Shown here in pieces: positions 16,160 to 31,605 of a stretch of DNA of 64,000 nucleotides. The notes beneath the pieces were generated by a model. That model was given only the letters and a program-made list of their open reading frames with translations, was not told where the DNA came from and ran no database searches. Within the stretch, counting starts at the first letter, position 1. Every line of letters begins with the position of its first letter. The position numbers and the translations under genes were made by a program. Source of the DNA: the human T2T-CHM13v2.0 reference genome, Homo sapiens; the NCBI RefSeq assembly GCF_009914755.1, contig NC_060930.1, one strand, 5' to 3'.

Positions 16160-16780
16160 TATGTGCACAGCATCCCTTCTCCCACTTCTGTCAAGAATAG
16201 CCTCTTTCTCCTGATGAATTTCCCCTTTTTCTACCCAATCTTGGTGGACTTTCCAATCATAATAAGCTGATGCCCTGGTCAAAAGACATAGCCTTGGAAC
16301 CAAATCCTGGCAAATCATAATACCCCAGTTATGCTGGCTATGAGACCACATACCAGGTTTAGACTATAATCCAAATTAGGCAAATAAGAGCCTGTTCTGA
16401 GATTTTGCATGCATTTTTCTGGTTGAAAAGTCTATTTCATCTAGGAGGTCACTAAACTAAGATGATGTTAGCCTTAATATTTCTGTGATACATTCTTCTC
16501 TCTACCTTATGGCCACCATCATGCCATTGAATGGTATAAAGTCATCAACACAAGAAAATTACAAAATTCACAGATGCAAGCACAGCTAAAACATTTTGCA
16601 GTAGGAATGTCAGTGAAGACACAGAAAGAAGACCTCATGACATTCCTTGGGCTCTTGGCAAAGTCCCTGAGGACAGCTCTATCTCTGGATTTCCCAGTTG
16701 CCTGAGCCAAGAAATTACCTAACTACTCTTTCTGCTATTGCTTAAATTTGTTTGAGATATGTTTTGGTCCTTTTAGTAGT
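16160..16780 (+). mobile_element. LTR16-like ERVL solo LTR
   Basis: cagcatcccttctcccacttctg...ggatttcccagttgcctgagccaagaaatt...gcttaaatttgtttgag. Confidence 0.5.
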
Positions 16781-19292
16781 AAAATATGTATATACAGAGA
16801 TGTAGAATGTAGCTTTGCCAAACATGTTTGACCATAGACCCCTCTTAGAATACCTATTAACGATTTATAAAACACTCATCTTTTTTCAAAAGTGCTACAA
16901 AGAATTGCTGAAACATGAGCACCCTAAGTATGACAACCATAGTGAGACTCACTTGTAAACCTAGAGTGAAAGATAATTGACTTAAGCTAATAGAAGCAAA
17001 GAACAACAAAGAGAATGTGTGGGAGCACAGGGGTACCTGAAAGGTAGATCAGAAAGAGAAATGAGCCTAAAGGCAGGAAACAAGGAAGGGTAGTACAAGG
17101 AGTTCCACCATCTCCATCATTACCATATCTCCACCATCTCCACATTATCTTAGTGCCTTGTATACAAACATGACCTTAATCTATGTTGACTACACAGTTC
17201 AACCTTCAGGGTTATGCAAACAGCCTCATTCTTGTGCCAGAAGAAGGAGGTCTGTCTTAAGTCAAGACCAATAGTAACCTAGACCTCTTTACTGTAGGGT
17301 AGAGGTTTAAAGTGAAGAAAGAAGATAGTCAAAGCTCATGTATCCATGTAGTTCATTCTCTTGACTTTTCAGACTTTGGATTGCTGTTTCCTTGGTAATC
17401 CCATGGAGCATATTTATTAAGATGAACCCAGGGCCATGTCTAATTCAAAGCGGCATCTTCCCACGTGACAGGACTCACATAGCCTTGGCTAAGTCATTTG
17501 GGCCTGCTGACTAAACCAAAACATGTATCTAAGAATAAGGAACCCTAAAGACCAACTCTTACTAAAAAACTTAGCAAGACAGACAAAAAAATAAAAATTC
17601 CAAAAGCAAATGCACACTCCAGTCCAGTTCACTACCCCAACTTCTCTTTTTTATATAACTCCCTTTTGAATCTGTTTGAAGAGTTGATCAGGCTTGGGGA
17701 TTACATCTAGTTCTTGATCTCTTCTTGCCTTAAAGCACAAACAACAACCTACTCAGCTCTTTTGCCCAGCCATCCCCAGATATGAATTAATGGGGCTTAC
17801 CGTGTTTGGTGTTAATGATCCTGCATAATGACTAGAGGCCAGTGAAGCAGAGAAAATATTAGAAGAAGTAATCATAATTGGCTGGTTGAAAAAACTGGGT
17901 GGGGATCAGATCTACTCACAGGAGGGGAAATAAGGCTTTTAACAGGAAGAAAATAGCTGGTAACATAGGCATTCTTTGCACCCCGCAATCCTTCCACTGC
18001 TGATATTTCCTGTCACTTTTACTTGAGGATTCAACCTTTACCTTACACTACCTCAGGCATTTTATGTAACTTAACTCAAGCAATTTTCAGATGCCAGTCT
18101 CTATAGGATGTGTTCTGTGTTTTAAAGAAATTTTACAATATATTCCCATTTATAGATTTTAAAATGTAGGATTCTATGACAAATGATGAAGAAAAATCTC
18201 TTCCCTGGTAGGAGGTTGCTTGAGATGGCCTTTGTAAGACCTCTTCCAGTTCTGATAGTGAATGACAATATTTAAATGTTCAAAGATATGCACATTGTGT
18301 GAATGCCAAGAAAAAAAAAATAGAGGATGGAGGATGGAGAGAATGTAAGGGATTTTGCTATTTTGTTTCTATAATCAAAAAATAGTTTTATGCAGCCTCC
18401 CTTTGAGTTTGTTGTATAAACACATTTGTGAATAGAAAATTTAAGAGACCTTTAACATTTGAGAAATTCAGCTGTTTCAACAGTCACCATGTCAAGCACA
18501 CAATGACACTTTGTTTTCACTGAGCCTCATAGAATTGGATTACCCAGCAATGATGCGATGAAGGTGTATGTTGTAAACAGTAATGGGCTACTCGATAATG
18601 AGAATCTTACATGTTATCCCAAGTCAGGTGGGTACAGTCAAAGTCAAAGGGATTTGGATGCTCTACTGGTAAAAAAATCTTTCCCATGTAGTCTGTCAAT
18701 CCATTCATTCAAAAAACAAACAAAAACAAAAAAAAAAACAGGGTTTGAAAAAGTATCCTATCATAACCCTGCGGATTTCAAACTGTCTTTTTCAAGTAGA
18801 AGATGTCCAAAATATGGAAATTGGATTTTAAAAAACCTACAGGTGGTAGAAGAAAATAAGAGTTCTTTCAGTTCTCTCTCTAGCCCCTCCATAATCTCAG
18901 AGGTTCCAGTAAGCAAGGTGTGAAAACCATGATAGGAAATTCTTTCCTCATTCATTGTCAAGTATGGCGCCCCCTGAAGTTTTGCAACATATCAGCCCTG
19001 ACTGAATGGCCTGAGAAAGCAATTGATTAATTAGAACTAGGAATCTTTTGTATCTTCTAGAGTCTCCTTTAAAAATGTAAATGTTCCTGGGAGGAGAAAC
19101 ATCTTAAGCAATTATGAGAGATTATTTTGTGAATTCAACTTTGCAGCATGGAAGCTTGGCTGATAACAAAGCTTTATAGAATGGGGTACAGATAATGGAA
19201 GTTAAACAAACTAAACTAGATGTAACCAAGGAAAAACTTATTTACTTCCTGAGGTTACACAGGGTCCACCTAACAAGATATCAATAGCTTTT

Positions 19293-20392
19293 TTCATATG
19301 ACCATAAAGATAATTGTTATTTTCTTTCCAAATTTTATTTTAGGTTCAAGGGTACATGTGCAGGCTTATTACATGGGTAAATTGCATGTTGTGGGGGTTT
19401 AGTGTACAGATTATTTTGTCACCCAGGTGACATAGTACCCAATAAGTAGTACCCAACAAGTACTTTTTCTATATTCACCCTCCTCTTACTGTCTACCTTC
19501 AAGTAGGCCCACGTGTACTCAATGTTTAGCTCCCACCGACGAGCGAGAACATATGTATGCGTGCCTTTATGGCAGAACAATTTATATTCCTTTGGGTATA
19601 TACTCAGCAATGGGGTTGCTGAGTCAACTGGTAGCTCTGTTTTAAGTTATTTGAGAAATCTCCAAACTGCTTTCCACCGTGGCTGAACTTATTTACCTTC
19701 CCACCAGCAGTGTATATTATTTTTCTCCACAACCTTGCCAGCATGTTATTTTGTTTACTTTTTAATAACACCTAGAGGAATGAGAAAAGAGCAAACCAAT
19801 CTCAAAGTTAGTGGAAGAAAATAAATAACCAAAATCAAAGCTGAATTGAATGAAATTGAGATGCAAAAAACTATACAAAAGATCAATGAAACTAAAAGTT
19901 GGTTCTTGGGGAGAATAAGATTGATAGACTGCCAGCTACATTAGTAAAGAAAATGAGAGAGAAGATCTGAAGAAACACAATTAGAAATGACAAAGGGGAC
20001 ATTACCACTGACCCCACAGAAATACAAAAAACCCTCAGAGACAATTACAAGAACCTCTATGCACACATACTAGAAACCTAGAAGAAACTGATAAATTCCT
20101 GGAAATATACAACCTCCCAAGATTGAACCAGGAAGAACCTGAAACCCTGAACAGACCAATAATGAGTTCCATAATTTAATCAGCAACAAAAAGCCTGCCA
20201 AGCAGCAAAAGCCCTGGACCAAATGGACTCATGGCCAAATTTGACCAGACATATGAAGAAGAGCTGGTACCAATCCTATTGAAACTATTCCCCCACAAAA
20301 AAAAAAAAAATCGAGGAAGAGAGACTCATCTCTAAACTATTCTATGAGGCCAGCATCATTCTGATACTAAAACTTGGCAGAGACACAACAAA
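19293..20392 (-). mobile_element. Twin-primed (5'-inverted) old L1PA (about PA15/16): antisense 3' part ~19320-19768 plus inverted ORF2 part 19769-20392
   Basis: Antisense L1 3'UTR abuts sense ORF2 (agaaacacaattagaaatgacaaaggggacattaccactgacccc). 18-bp TSD aagatatcaatag(c/t)tttt at 19275-19292 and 20393-20410. Confidence 0.88.
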
Positions 20393-20424
20393 AAGATATC
20401 AATAGTTTTTAAATAATTATTAAA

Positions 20425-20685
20425 TTGTGAACATTTGAAATATCCTGTGCACCAGATACTCTTCCAAGTCTCACTTTATGTACTAATTTATTTTTTTGTG
20501 TTTCTTTATTCCTTTTATGTATTAACTTATTAATGCAGTCTTTATAACAACTATGTGATGAAAGTTCTATTTTATACTCATATTACAAATGAGGAAACTG
20601 AGGCATAGGGGAGTGAAGATCACATAGTTAAAAAGAGACAGAGCCAAGATTCAAATCTAGCTCTAGTTCTAAGGCCTGTGATAAC
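20425..20685 (-). mobile_element. MIR SINE
   Basis: ttacaaatgaggaaactgaggcatagg...gatcacatag...gagccaagattcaaatc. Confidence 0.8.
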
Positions 20686-21249
20686 CTCATAGAATGTTTC
20701 ATCTTCCAGGGGAGTAGATAATTATTTCATATCTCCCCCCAGCCCTCCCAAAGAATAGCCCCTTCTGAACTTTAACTCTCTCACTGGTCCTCTCCAGGGT
20801 TGTTGATTGCTCCAAAGAAATTAAAATGTTGCATTTTAGAGAGCTATGTGCATATTGAGATGAGAGTTTTCCTCCAGTTTTACAGCCTAAGCTCTAACCA
20901 GCTAAATACTTATTTTGCTTAATTGAAGCAGCATGGTGTTTTCAGGTCTGTCATGTACTACAACCAGGGTGTGTCACAAAACTCCAGGCAAATGACACAC
21001 ACAGAAATGCTGATGTGACTATCATCTTCTGGGGCTGAAGTATGAAAAGTGGTGACCCTGGGAGTTTGGCCTTTACCTACATCATTAAAGCAAAATGCTT
21101 TATTCTGTGTCCTGCTCTGTATCTTTCATAGAGGTCCCAACATCAGCCACTATGTAACCTGTCCCATCTGACTCTCAGGAGTGTCTTCTAGAGCCCGGTA
21201 ACCTTTGCATCCTACAAACGGGGGCTCTGCCTGGGAAAAGCTATAGAAC

Positions 21250-21400
21250 CCCGTGGAAGTGATCTAGAAAGGGTCACACTCAAATCCTTCTTTACATAAA
21301 GAGAACACTAAGGTCTAGAGAGGTAGATTCATTTACTCAAGATCACAGAGGTATTAGTGGAAAATCCAGAATTTGAATCTAAACACAATGACACTGGGGT
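21250..21400 (-). mobile_element. MIR SINE
   Basis: tttacataaagagaacactaaggtctagagagg...caagatcacag...agaatttgaatc. Confidence 0.6.
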
Positions 21401-21511
21401 TTAGGTTTATTTATTTATTTATGGCTATAAGTTAATATACTTAGAAAGTGAATATAAAAACTATATGATAGGAACCGCCACATCTGGCCATGTTGAAGTA
21501 ATAGGGACTAG

Positions 21512-21876
<365 letters not shown>

Positions 21877-24800
21877 GGAGTAAGACAATGTTTTTTAGAC
21901 ATTAGAAAAGTCAACAGAGGACTATGAAGTAAATACTACCGTAGCCTCACTTATAATCTCAGAAAATTTTCCAAGCTGTGGAGGGAAACCCAAAAAGAAC
22001 CTGGCAGTCTTGTAGAATTGAGAGGGTAGAATATGGAGTTAAGGGAGGTCAGAGAAGTTAGCTTTTGTAGGGCAAATACTGAAAAAAAAAAGGAAACTGT
22101 AAAGAAAGCACTAGAGATATACAGAGGGGGCCTGTCACATCTTTAGCTAAGTACTGATCAGCACACATATTTGAGAAAAGGAACCAGAAAAAGAATCACT
22201 AGAACGGAGTAGAGAAAACAATCCCTGAAACTCACACAGGCCTAGGAACCCTGTGAGTTTCCACTAGCCAGAATGGAAAGATTTCCTAGTACAGGGGACG
22301 TTAGATGCATTCTTCAGATGGATATTGCCTCAGTAGTGGGGTCAAATTAATCCAAGAAGAAAACCTGCTCTGAATCCACCACAACAAACCTTAAAGGCAA
22401 GCTTGAAATGATCTGATTGCAAGTAAACATAACTGAATCCCAAAACAAAGGCCAACATTATTTAAAGAGATACAGTGAAACTCAGCACCTAATAATGTAA
22501 AACACACAAGGTCTAGCATCTAACAAAAAATTGTCAGTCATTCAAACTAGCAGAAAGATACCACCAATAATAGGAGAAAATCAATCAATAAAAAGAGACC
22601 CAGAAAGAAGACATATGATAGAATTAACAGATAAGAATATTAGAGCGACTATTAAAAATATAATCCATATATTCAAGAATGTACAAGAAACCATACATAC
22701 GAGGGAAGAAATGGAAGAGTTATTCTGAAAAGACTCAAACCAAATTTCTAAAGATATTTTAAAAACACCTAAACTAAAAAAATACACTGAATGAATGTGG
22801 CAACATATTAGAGACTGCTATAGAAAAGATAAGGGAATTTGAAGATTTAGTAAGAGGAACTAAATAAAATGTAACATAGATTTCTTTCAATGGAAAAATA
22901 AATAGAGCTTCAGTGAATGAGGGAAAATATCTAACAGTCTGACATATGTGAACTTAGATTTATTTCCAAAAAGAAAGTGGATATGGTAAGGGAGAAAAAT
23001 AATTGAGGAAACAATGATCCATCTTTTCCAAACTTGATGAAAAGTAAAACCTACAGATCCAAAAATTTAATGAGCCTCCAGCAAAAAAGCATAAAAGGAA
23101 CAGGAAGAAAACCATATAGTGGCACATTATAACCAATTTTTTAAAATACTGAAAGTTTTAAAAGTAGCCAGGGGACAAAAAGACATATTATACAGAAAAA
23201 CATACACAGGGAACTACTTATCAAAAACTATACATGCCAGAAGAAAACAGAGGACATAGTTACTGTAATGAAAGAAAAAATGCCCACATTGAATTTTACA
23301 CTCAGCAAAAAATGTTTCAAAAGTGAAATTGAAATAAGGACCTTTTCAGACAAACAAAAGCAGAGAGAATTCATCTCTAACAGAATGACACTTTAAGAAA
23401 TGTTAAAGGAAATTCTTCAAACAACAGGAAATGATAGCACATGAAAATTTAAATGTACCCAAAGGAATAAATAACAGTGAAAATGGTAAATGTATAGGTG
23501 AATGTAAAAAATCACTTTTTTCTCAATTTTATTAATCTCTCTAAAGAATAATTGATGATTGAAAGCAAACATAATTATTTTTGTGGGCTTTATTACCTAA
23601 GTCAAATGTATGGTAATAGCAGCACAAAGTACTACAAAAAATAAAATGAAAGCCTAATGTTTTATATTTCTTACACAAGAAATGTGATATTATTATTTGA
23701 AAGTAGACAATGCTGAGTTACATAGTAAATTCTAGAGCAACAACTACTTAAAAAATGCATAACTAATGAGAAAACAATGGGGAAAAAATGAATCATTAGA
23801 AATACTCAATAAGTCCATAAGGAGGCAGAAAAATGGGAAGGGGAGGAACATGTGTACCAAATAGAAAATAAATACCAATATGATATATTTAATCAACATT
23901 TTATCAATAATCACATTAACTCTAAATAGCCTAAACATTCCAACTGAAAGGCATAAACTTTTAGATTTAATAAAAAATTTTTTAATTTAAGCAAAATTTA
24001 ACTACCTGCCCTCTAAAAAAAAACTTGCTTTAAATGTAAATACACAAAGTAAAAGAATGGAAAAAGATATGTCATGCAAATATTAATAAAACATAAAGAC
24101 AATAAATAACATCAGAGATGCAAACTGCAGAGGAAAGAATATTACCGAGGTAAAGAGGGATACTCTATTATGAAACAAAATTCAATTAATCAAGATGGCA
24201 TAAGATTTCTAAATGTATGTGACCTAGTAACAGAGCTTCAAAGTAAAGAAAAAAACAGGAGAAGTTTCAAATCTACAATTATAGTTGAACATTTCAAAAT
24301 CTCTACCTCAATAATAGAACAAAATACATTAACTTGTTAATTTTAAGGACATGAACAACAACAGCAAACCACATAACCAAAGTGACATTAATAGAGCACT
24401 TCAGGAAACAACAGCAGAATACATATTCATTTCAAATGCACATGGGATATTTACCAAAATATGCCATGTTATATGCCATAATACAATTCTAAATACATTT
24501 TAAAAGATTGAAACTACATAAAGTATGGTTTCTAATCACAATGGAATTAAATTAAAAAACAACAGAAAGATGTCTTTTAACATCCCCTAAATATTTGGAA
24601 GTTAAACAACATATTTATAAATATCTGTAGTCAAAGAAATAAAAAACATCTTGAAATGAATAAAAACTAAAATACACAATATCAAAATCTGTGTCATGCA
24701 GCTACAGCAATGCTTAGAATATTATAGCATTAAACACTAATATTTAAAAAGGTATCAAATTAATAATCAGTCTTTTACATGAAGATAAAAAGCAAACAAA

Positions 24801-25534
24801 AACCAAAATAAGCCAAAAAAGAAAAAAAAAAAAAAAGAAAGAGCTGAACACCAATAGGCCCTCGTGGACATAGACATAGAAACCCTTGATGAATTATAAG
24901 CCAATTGAATTCAACAATATATTCAAAGGATACTTACTATATCATGGCCAAATAGAATTTATTCCAGAAATACAAGATGTATTCAACGTTCACATATCAC
25001 TCAATGTAATTTACTATGCCAAAAGTATAAAAAAGAAACATGCACATCTTAATGAATGCTGAAGAAGAATTTGGAAAAAATTAAAATGTATCATCATAAA
25101 AACTCTTATCAAACTAGGAATTAGAGAGAACTTCTTCAACCTGAAAAAGGGCATCTGTAGACACTTAACATTATACTAAATAGTGAAAATCTGTGACTAT
25201 ATAATGGTTTCCTTTAACATTAAGAACAAGACAAGGATGTTCACTCACACCACACTCATGAAACATCATACTGGAAGTCCTAGATATTGCAATAAGGCAA
25301 GGAAAAGATACAAAAGGAACACAAATTGGAAAGGAAGAAATAAAAATATCTGTATTTCAGACAACATGATTGTCTATGTGTATAATCCCAAGTAGCCTAG
25401 AAAAATGCTACTATATTTAATAAGTAAGTTCTACAATGTCTCAAGATTCAATATGAAGACACAAATAGCAATTGCATGCCTATAAACTAAGAAAAAATGG
25501 AAACTAAATGTTGTAAATGTATTATTTACTAGCA

Positions 25535-26595
25535 CACTTCATATCCAGATCTTATTTCTAATACTATTCTTCAATAAAAGGAATTAGGGCCTGGGATAAA
25601 CAGCTTATTGCAAGGCAGGTAAAAGAAATATACAAGATGAGTTTGAGTATCTTATAGTGCCATAAAGTAAGGAAATGCTCAAAACAGAACGAAGAAAAAA
25701 CCAAAACCACACAATGACAGGGTTATGCAAAGGAAGATGGAACTCAAATGAAAGAGCTCCCAAATAAGAACAACTGGACAACAAAATAAAGTAGTATTGG
25801 ATTATAACCCAAAGAATAAAACAAGTACCCCTGCGTCCATACTGATATAAACAAATGACTTAATAAATAATTAAACCAGAAAAAAGAGACAATTCTGTGC
25901 AGAAGAATTCCAAATAATTTATGTATGTTCTCTGCCCTCAAAAATGTGGAATATAACTCCCTACTTTTTCAATATGGTACATAGTGACTTTCTTCCAAAA
26001 GGTACATTATACAATAAAGGGGGAAAAAGGGAATAACTTTCTACTGGAAAATCTAACGCTACCCTAGTCAGGTGATCAAGATAAACATCAACAATGTTAG
26101 GTCAAATTGATAGAATGTACGTTTGAAATGTTGTGATGAAAATGAACTTTAGTTCTGTGATCTTCCTCCCCAAAACCCATAACCCCAATTTAATTATGGG
26201 AAAACCATCAGACAAATCTCAAGTGAGGAATATTCTACTAAATACCTGACCAATACTCCTCAAAACTATCAAGGTCACCAAAAACAAGAAAAGTCTGAGA
26301 AACTATCAGAGACAAACAGAGCCTAAGAAGACCTGATGACTAAAGAGAATATGATATCCTGGATGGGATTCTGGAACAGAAAAAGAACATTTGGTAAAAA
26401 CAGGAAATCTGAATCAAGTGTGGGCTTTGGTTAACAATAATGTACCAATATTGGTTTCTTAACTGTAATAAATACACCATGTTAATGTAAACTGTGAATA
26501 AAAGGGGGAAATTAGATGCAGATATATGAAACCTGTACTATCTTCATAATTTTTTGGTAGATCTAAAACTGTTTCAAAAATATTGTATTTTAAAA
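25535..26595 (+). mobile_element. L1MC/L1MD-type 3' end nested in older L1M
   Basis: Distinct 3'UTR (ccagatcttatttctaatactattcttcaataaaagg; atatcctggatgggattctggaacagaaaaagaacatt). Host ORF2 resumes at ~26600. Confidence 0.7.
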
Positions 26596-28318
26596 TAACA
26601 TTACAATAGCATCAATAATATGAAATTTGTCAAAATATGCATAAGAGCTATACACTAAAATGAGGAGGTATAGCATGTTCATGCATCAGAAGATTCAATA
26701 TTTTAAAGTAATTTCCCTCAACTAATGTAAATTCAATACAATCCAAACTCTCACTGGAAATTGACACTCTGATCACAAAATTTGTATAGACTAGCCAAAA
26801 AAATTTGGGAAAATAAGGAAGTTAGAGGGCATACTAAATTTAATTCAAGATTTACTGATAAAGTAAGCTCAGCAATAAAAATAGCAATAATATGGTGTAA
26901 AAACAGCCATGCAATGGAAACAAGTAGAGTTTAGAAACAGACATACACTATGTGACTAACTGATTTTCAACAATGGTGCCAAGGTAATTCAGTTGGGAAA
27001 CAATAATCTTTTCAACAAACATTAAACAATTGGACATCCAATGTCAAAAAAATTAACCTTGACCTTTACCTCACAATGCATTATAGACCTACAAATTTGG
27101 TACTAATAACTATAAAACTTCTAGAAGGAAATACAGAAGAAAATCTTTGTCAATCTTTTTTTAGGCCAAGTTTCCTCAACAAGACACAAAAAGCACCACG
27201 AAATGACAAACTGAACTTGGTGAAAGTGAAAACTTTTGCTTTACAGAAATATTTTTTAAAAAAATCAAAGACAATTCACAGACTAGGAGAAAATATTTAT
27301 AAAACCTAGGTCTATGAAATGACTGGTATCAAGAACATATAAGGAATTCTTACAATTTATTAAGTAAACAATCCCCTTTTTAAAATAAATAAAATATTTT
27401 AATTGAGAGTGCAACAGTGAAGATATAGAGATGGAAAATAAGCACATGAAAAGATATTCAACATAATTAACCATTAGGGAAATGCAAATTAAAGCCACAG
27501 TGAGATACTACACACCCACTAGAATGGATAAAACTTAAAAGGCTGAAATTGTCAGGTATTTGCAAGAATATGAGGCAACCAGAAACCTCATATATTGAGC
27601 ATGGGACTGCATTACTATAAGGCACTTTGGAAAGCAGTTTGGACCCTTCTTATAAGATAAATATACACTTACTCTATGACCCAGCAATTTCTAAGTGGAT
27701 TTACCCAAGAGAAAATAAAGCATATGTCTGCACAAACATGTGTGTGCAAATGTTCATAGTAGCTTCCTTCATAATAGTCAAAAATGAAAAGAATCTAAAC
27801 ACCCCTAACTTGATGCATGGATAAACAAAATGTGCATTTTCTCCTACAGTAGAATACTACTCAGCAATAAAAGGAACAAAGTACAGATACTTACAACAAT
27901 ATGGATAGCTCTCTAAGTCAAAAAGCCAAACACAAAGACTGTGTACTCTATGAATTCATTTTTAATTAAATTATAGAAAAAGCAAAATTGTAATGATACT
28001 AAGCAAATCAGTTGTTGCCTGGGAACAGGAGGTTAAAGAAGATAATTTACTGTAAACAAACAGTCGGCAATTTTGGTGACACAGAAATGTTCTATATGAT
28101 GTTGGTTGGTTGTGCTACTGTATAAAATTGTTAAAATTGTTAAAATTTATTAATTGGATACAAAATTGGTGAATTTTATTGTATGTAAAGCAATAAGCCT
28201 GAAAGAAACAAAACAAAGATGAAAAAAGATGAATTATTTTTCTGTAATTCTTTATAAAAGAATTATATCCTTTCCAGAAATAGAAAATTAAAAAGCAGAC
28301 GAAAATTAAGTAATGTAG

Positions 28319-28660
<342 letters not shown>

Positions 28661-29479
28661 TCATCCAAACTAATTAAATTGGCATTTCTCCTCATCAGTT
28701 AACAAACAGAAATACAAAACCTATGCCATAACTCTATCATTTTCTAATTTTCAATTTACAGAGACAGAAATTTCCCCTTCAGTGTAAATAAAAAGGTTAT
28801 TCATTTCTATGTAATTTTAAATTAATTTTGGAGTTACCTAGACAGATTCACTTATTTAGGTACCATTAGCAAGGTGCCCTCATGGAGAAATATGAAAGAT
28901 ACTTTTAAGGTATTATTTTCCCTCCAACTAGCTGCCTGGCTAGTCTTGGAGAGGGCAAGCTCATCACCTTGGGTTCCATCTGTAAAATTCATACAATATC
29001 CACTTGACAGAAGTTGGGGGCGGGGGACAGATGCATTAATATGCGTCTAAGCAATTGCAGATCTGGCATTAAAGCATTGCTACCCATGTCCTTGTGCTGC
29101 TACACGCAAGGGCTCCTCAGCCAGGCCTTCTCATGGCTGCAGCCTCAGTGTCCTTTATCCCCAGCTCAACCCCAGCCTGAGTGCTGATGGCCGGCCAGTG
29201 CTGTCTCTGCACTCTGCTCCAACAAGGACTCCCAGCCAAGCCAGAGACCAAAGGAGCTGTGCTACCTTCCACACCTTCAGCGCTCCCTTTTCAAGGTGGA
29301 GGATGCCTAAGAAACCTCAGAGAGCAACAACAAAATTGTTCACATGCAGTCAAAGGTTTCTGTTTCTTGATGCACACATAATAGCAATATTTTTTTAAGT
29401 AGCTACACAAAAACCTGTTCTAATATAGAACATTGACAGTCACCTGGAAATGTGCATGGAGCTAAATTTTACCAACAAT

Positions 29480-29680
29480 ATTCATAATAACGAGCACGGT
29501 GAGTGTTCAAGGCCAACAACGAACACTATGTTATATAATCCTTCCGCCAGCCAACTCACCTACGTAGGGGTTATTATTCCTACTTTACAGATAAGAAACT
29601 GACTGGACTCAAAAAAGTTCATGAATGTGTTTACAGCTAATAGAGTCAGGATTTGAGCCCGTGACAGAAAGAAGGACTTT
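29480..29680 (-). mobile_element. MIR SINE
   Basis: gttattattcctactttacagataagaaactga...gagtcaggatttgagccc. Confidence 0.65.
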
Positions 29681-30774
29681 GTAAATTTATTCATCAGTTA
29701 GCACCACCCTGTGCACAGCACAAAGGGCTAATATGAATGTCTCAAAAAGGATATTGGGAACAAGTTGTACCTAGAAGAGGACATGAGAAGTAGGGAAGCT
29801 TGGCCAACTTTTTCATCTTGAGGCAATGAGCCCACATCATGGCACTAGATAACAACAAAATGAAAGCAGAGAGGGCTGTGCTCTGAGACAAAAAGGGCAC
29901 TTTCTTCTTCCTTCTCAACACCCCACGCTCCTGGAAGACCTGTTGACACACAGCTTTCATTTCCTGCCATACGTTTCCACCATCTAGAATTCTTAATCTT
30001 CTTATGAACGGGTACATCCTCTGCACACAACCTTCTTTGGGAAATTGATTGAGGATAGGTAGGTGGGCTAGGTAGCAAGGAGAAATCACTAAGAAGAAAA
30101 GGTGGTAAGTGGGTGGATGGGGGTCACTGGAAAGAAAAGAAATCAGAGATACATTTGTACTTGCTTGGAATAAATGACAAAGTAAAATAAGTGTGATCAT
30201 TTGAGACAGTCAGTCATTCTGACCTTCATAAAAAGAGCAGGATGATTCCACTTTTCTCCCACTCCAAGCCATTTTAAAGCAATTGAAAAGGGTTCACTTC
30301 TACCAGAGAATAGTGCGGTGATACAGAGTTGTTATCTACAAAAAGGGCTTCAGAAGTGTCAGTGCATCCTTTTTTTTTTTTTTAAAGTATGGGGTGGTGG
30401 ACTCCAATGAAAATTCATGCCCTTATTCTTGTTTAACTCATCATATAGTAGAAGCAGATATGCAGAGGGAAGAGACCTTAAAGTGAAATTTGAAAGGAAT
30501 GAAATAGCAAGCTGCTTCCACTTTTTTTTTTTTTTAACCATTTAAGCATTTTATTTCCTGATAACCTCTTGGGGTGGAAGGCAGAGTGATATACTGAGAC
30601 AGGCAGTAGCCTAATGTATCTCCTCAGCAGTGACCCCTTCTGAGTGAAGAAAGCAGGTGTGACTGTCTCACTTTCTCACGGAAATAGAAGATTCTCATGT
30701 AGCATATGCAAAGACGATCAGGTATGAGGGAAATAAAGAACAAAAGTGAAGGCTGATACTTATTCACCTTAAAA

Positions 30775-31105
<331 letters not shown>

Positions 31106-31178
31106 TCACCATGTGCAAAGGCTTAAGAGACTCCACAACTCATTTCTGAGAAAAACAAAGGCTCCCCCTGAAGAATCA

Positions 31179-31605
31179 TGTATCTGTCTCCTAAGGCTAC
31201 TATAATAAAATACCACAAACTGCGTGGCTTAAAGCAACAGAAAGGTATTGTCTCACAGTACTGGAGGCCACAAGTTCAAAATCAAGGTGGCAGTAGGGCC
31301 ATGCTCCCTCTGAAACCTGGAGGGGAGAATCCTTCCTTGCCTCTTCCAAGATTCCAGAAAAAGCCATTGGTCCTTGGAGTTCCTTGGCTCACAGCTGTAT
31401 CTCTCCTGTCTCTGCCTCTGTCTTCACATGTTGTTTTCTCCTTGTCACAAGGACACCAGTCATGTTGGATTAGGTCCTACCCTAATGACCTGATCTTACC
31501 TTGATTACATCTATGAAGACCCTATTTCCAAATAAGGTCACATTTACAGATACTAGGGGGTTAGAACTTTAACCTGTCTTTTGTGGGGAACATAATTCAA
31601 TGCCA
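31179..31605 (-). mobile_element. MLT1C/D-like MaLR solo LTR
   Basis: aaataccacaaactgcgtggcttaaagcaacagaaa...gaccctatttccaaataaggtcacatt...cataattcaa. Confidence 0.85.

Noticed and set aside
18558-18923. 121-aa ATG-initiated ORF in non-repeat sequence
   Set aside because: Runs through an A-rich simple repeat (KKQTKTKKK), has no recognisable domain, and its length is compatible with chance.
29742-30200. Longest ORF (152 aa, minus strand)
   Set aside because: No recognisable homology; hydrophobic composition simply reflects the purine-rich plus strand.
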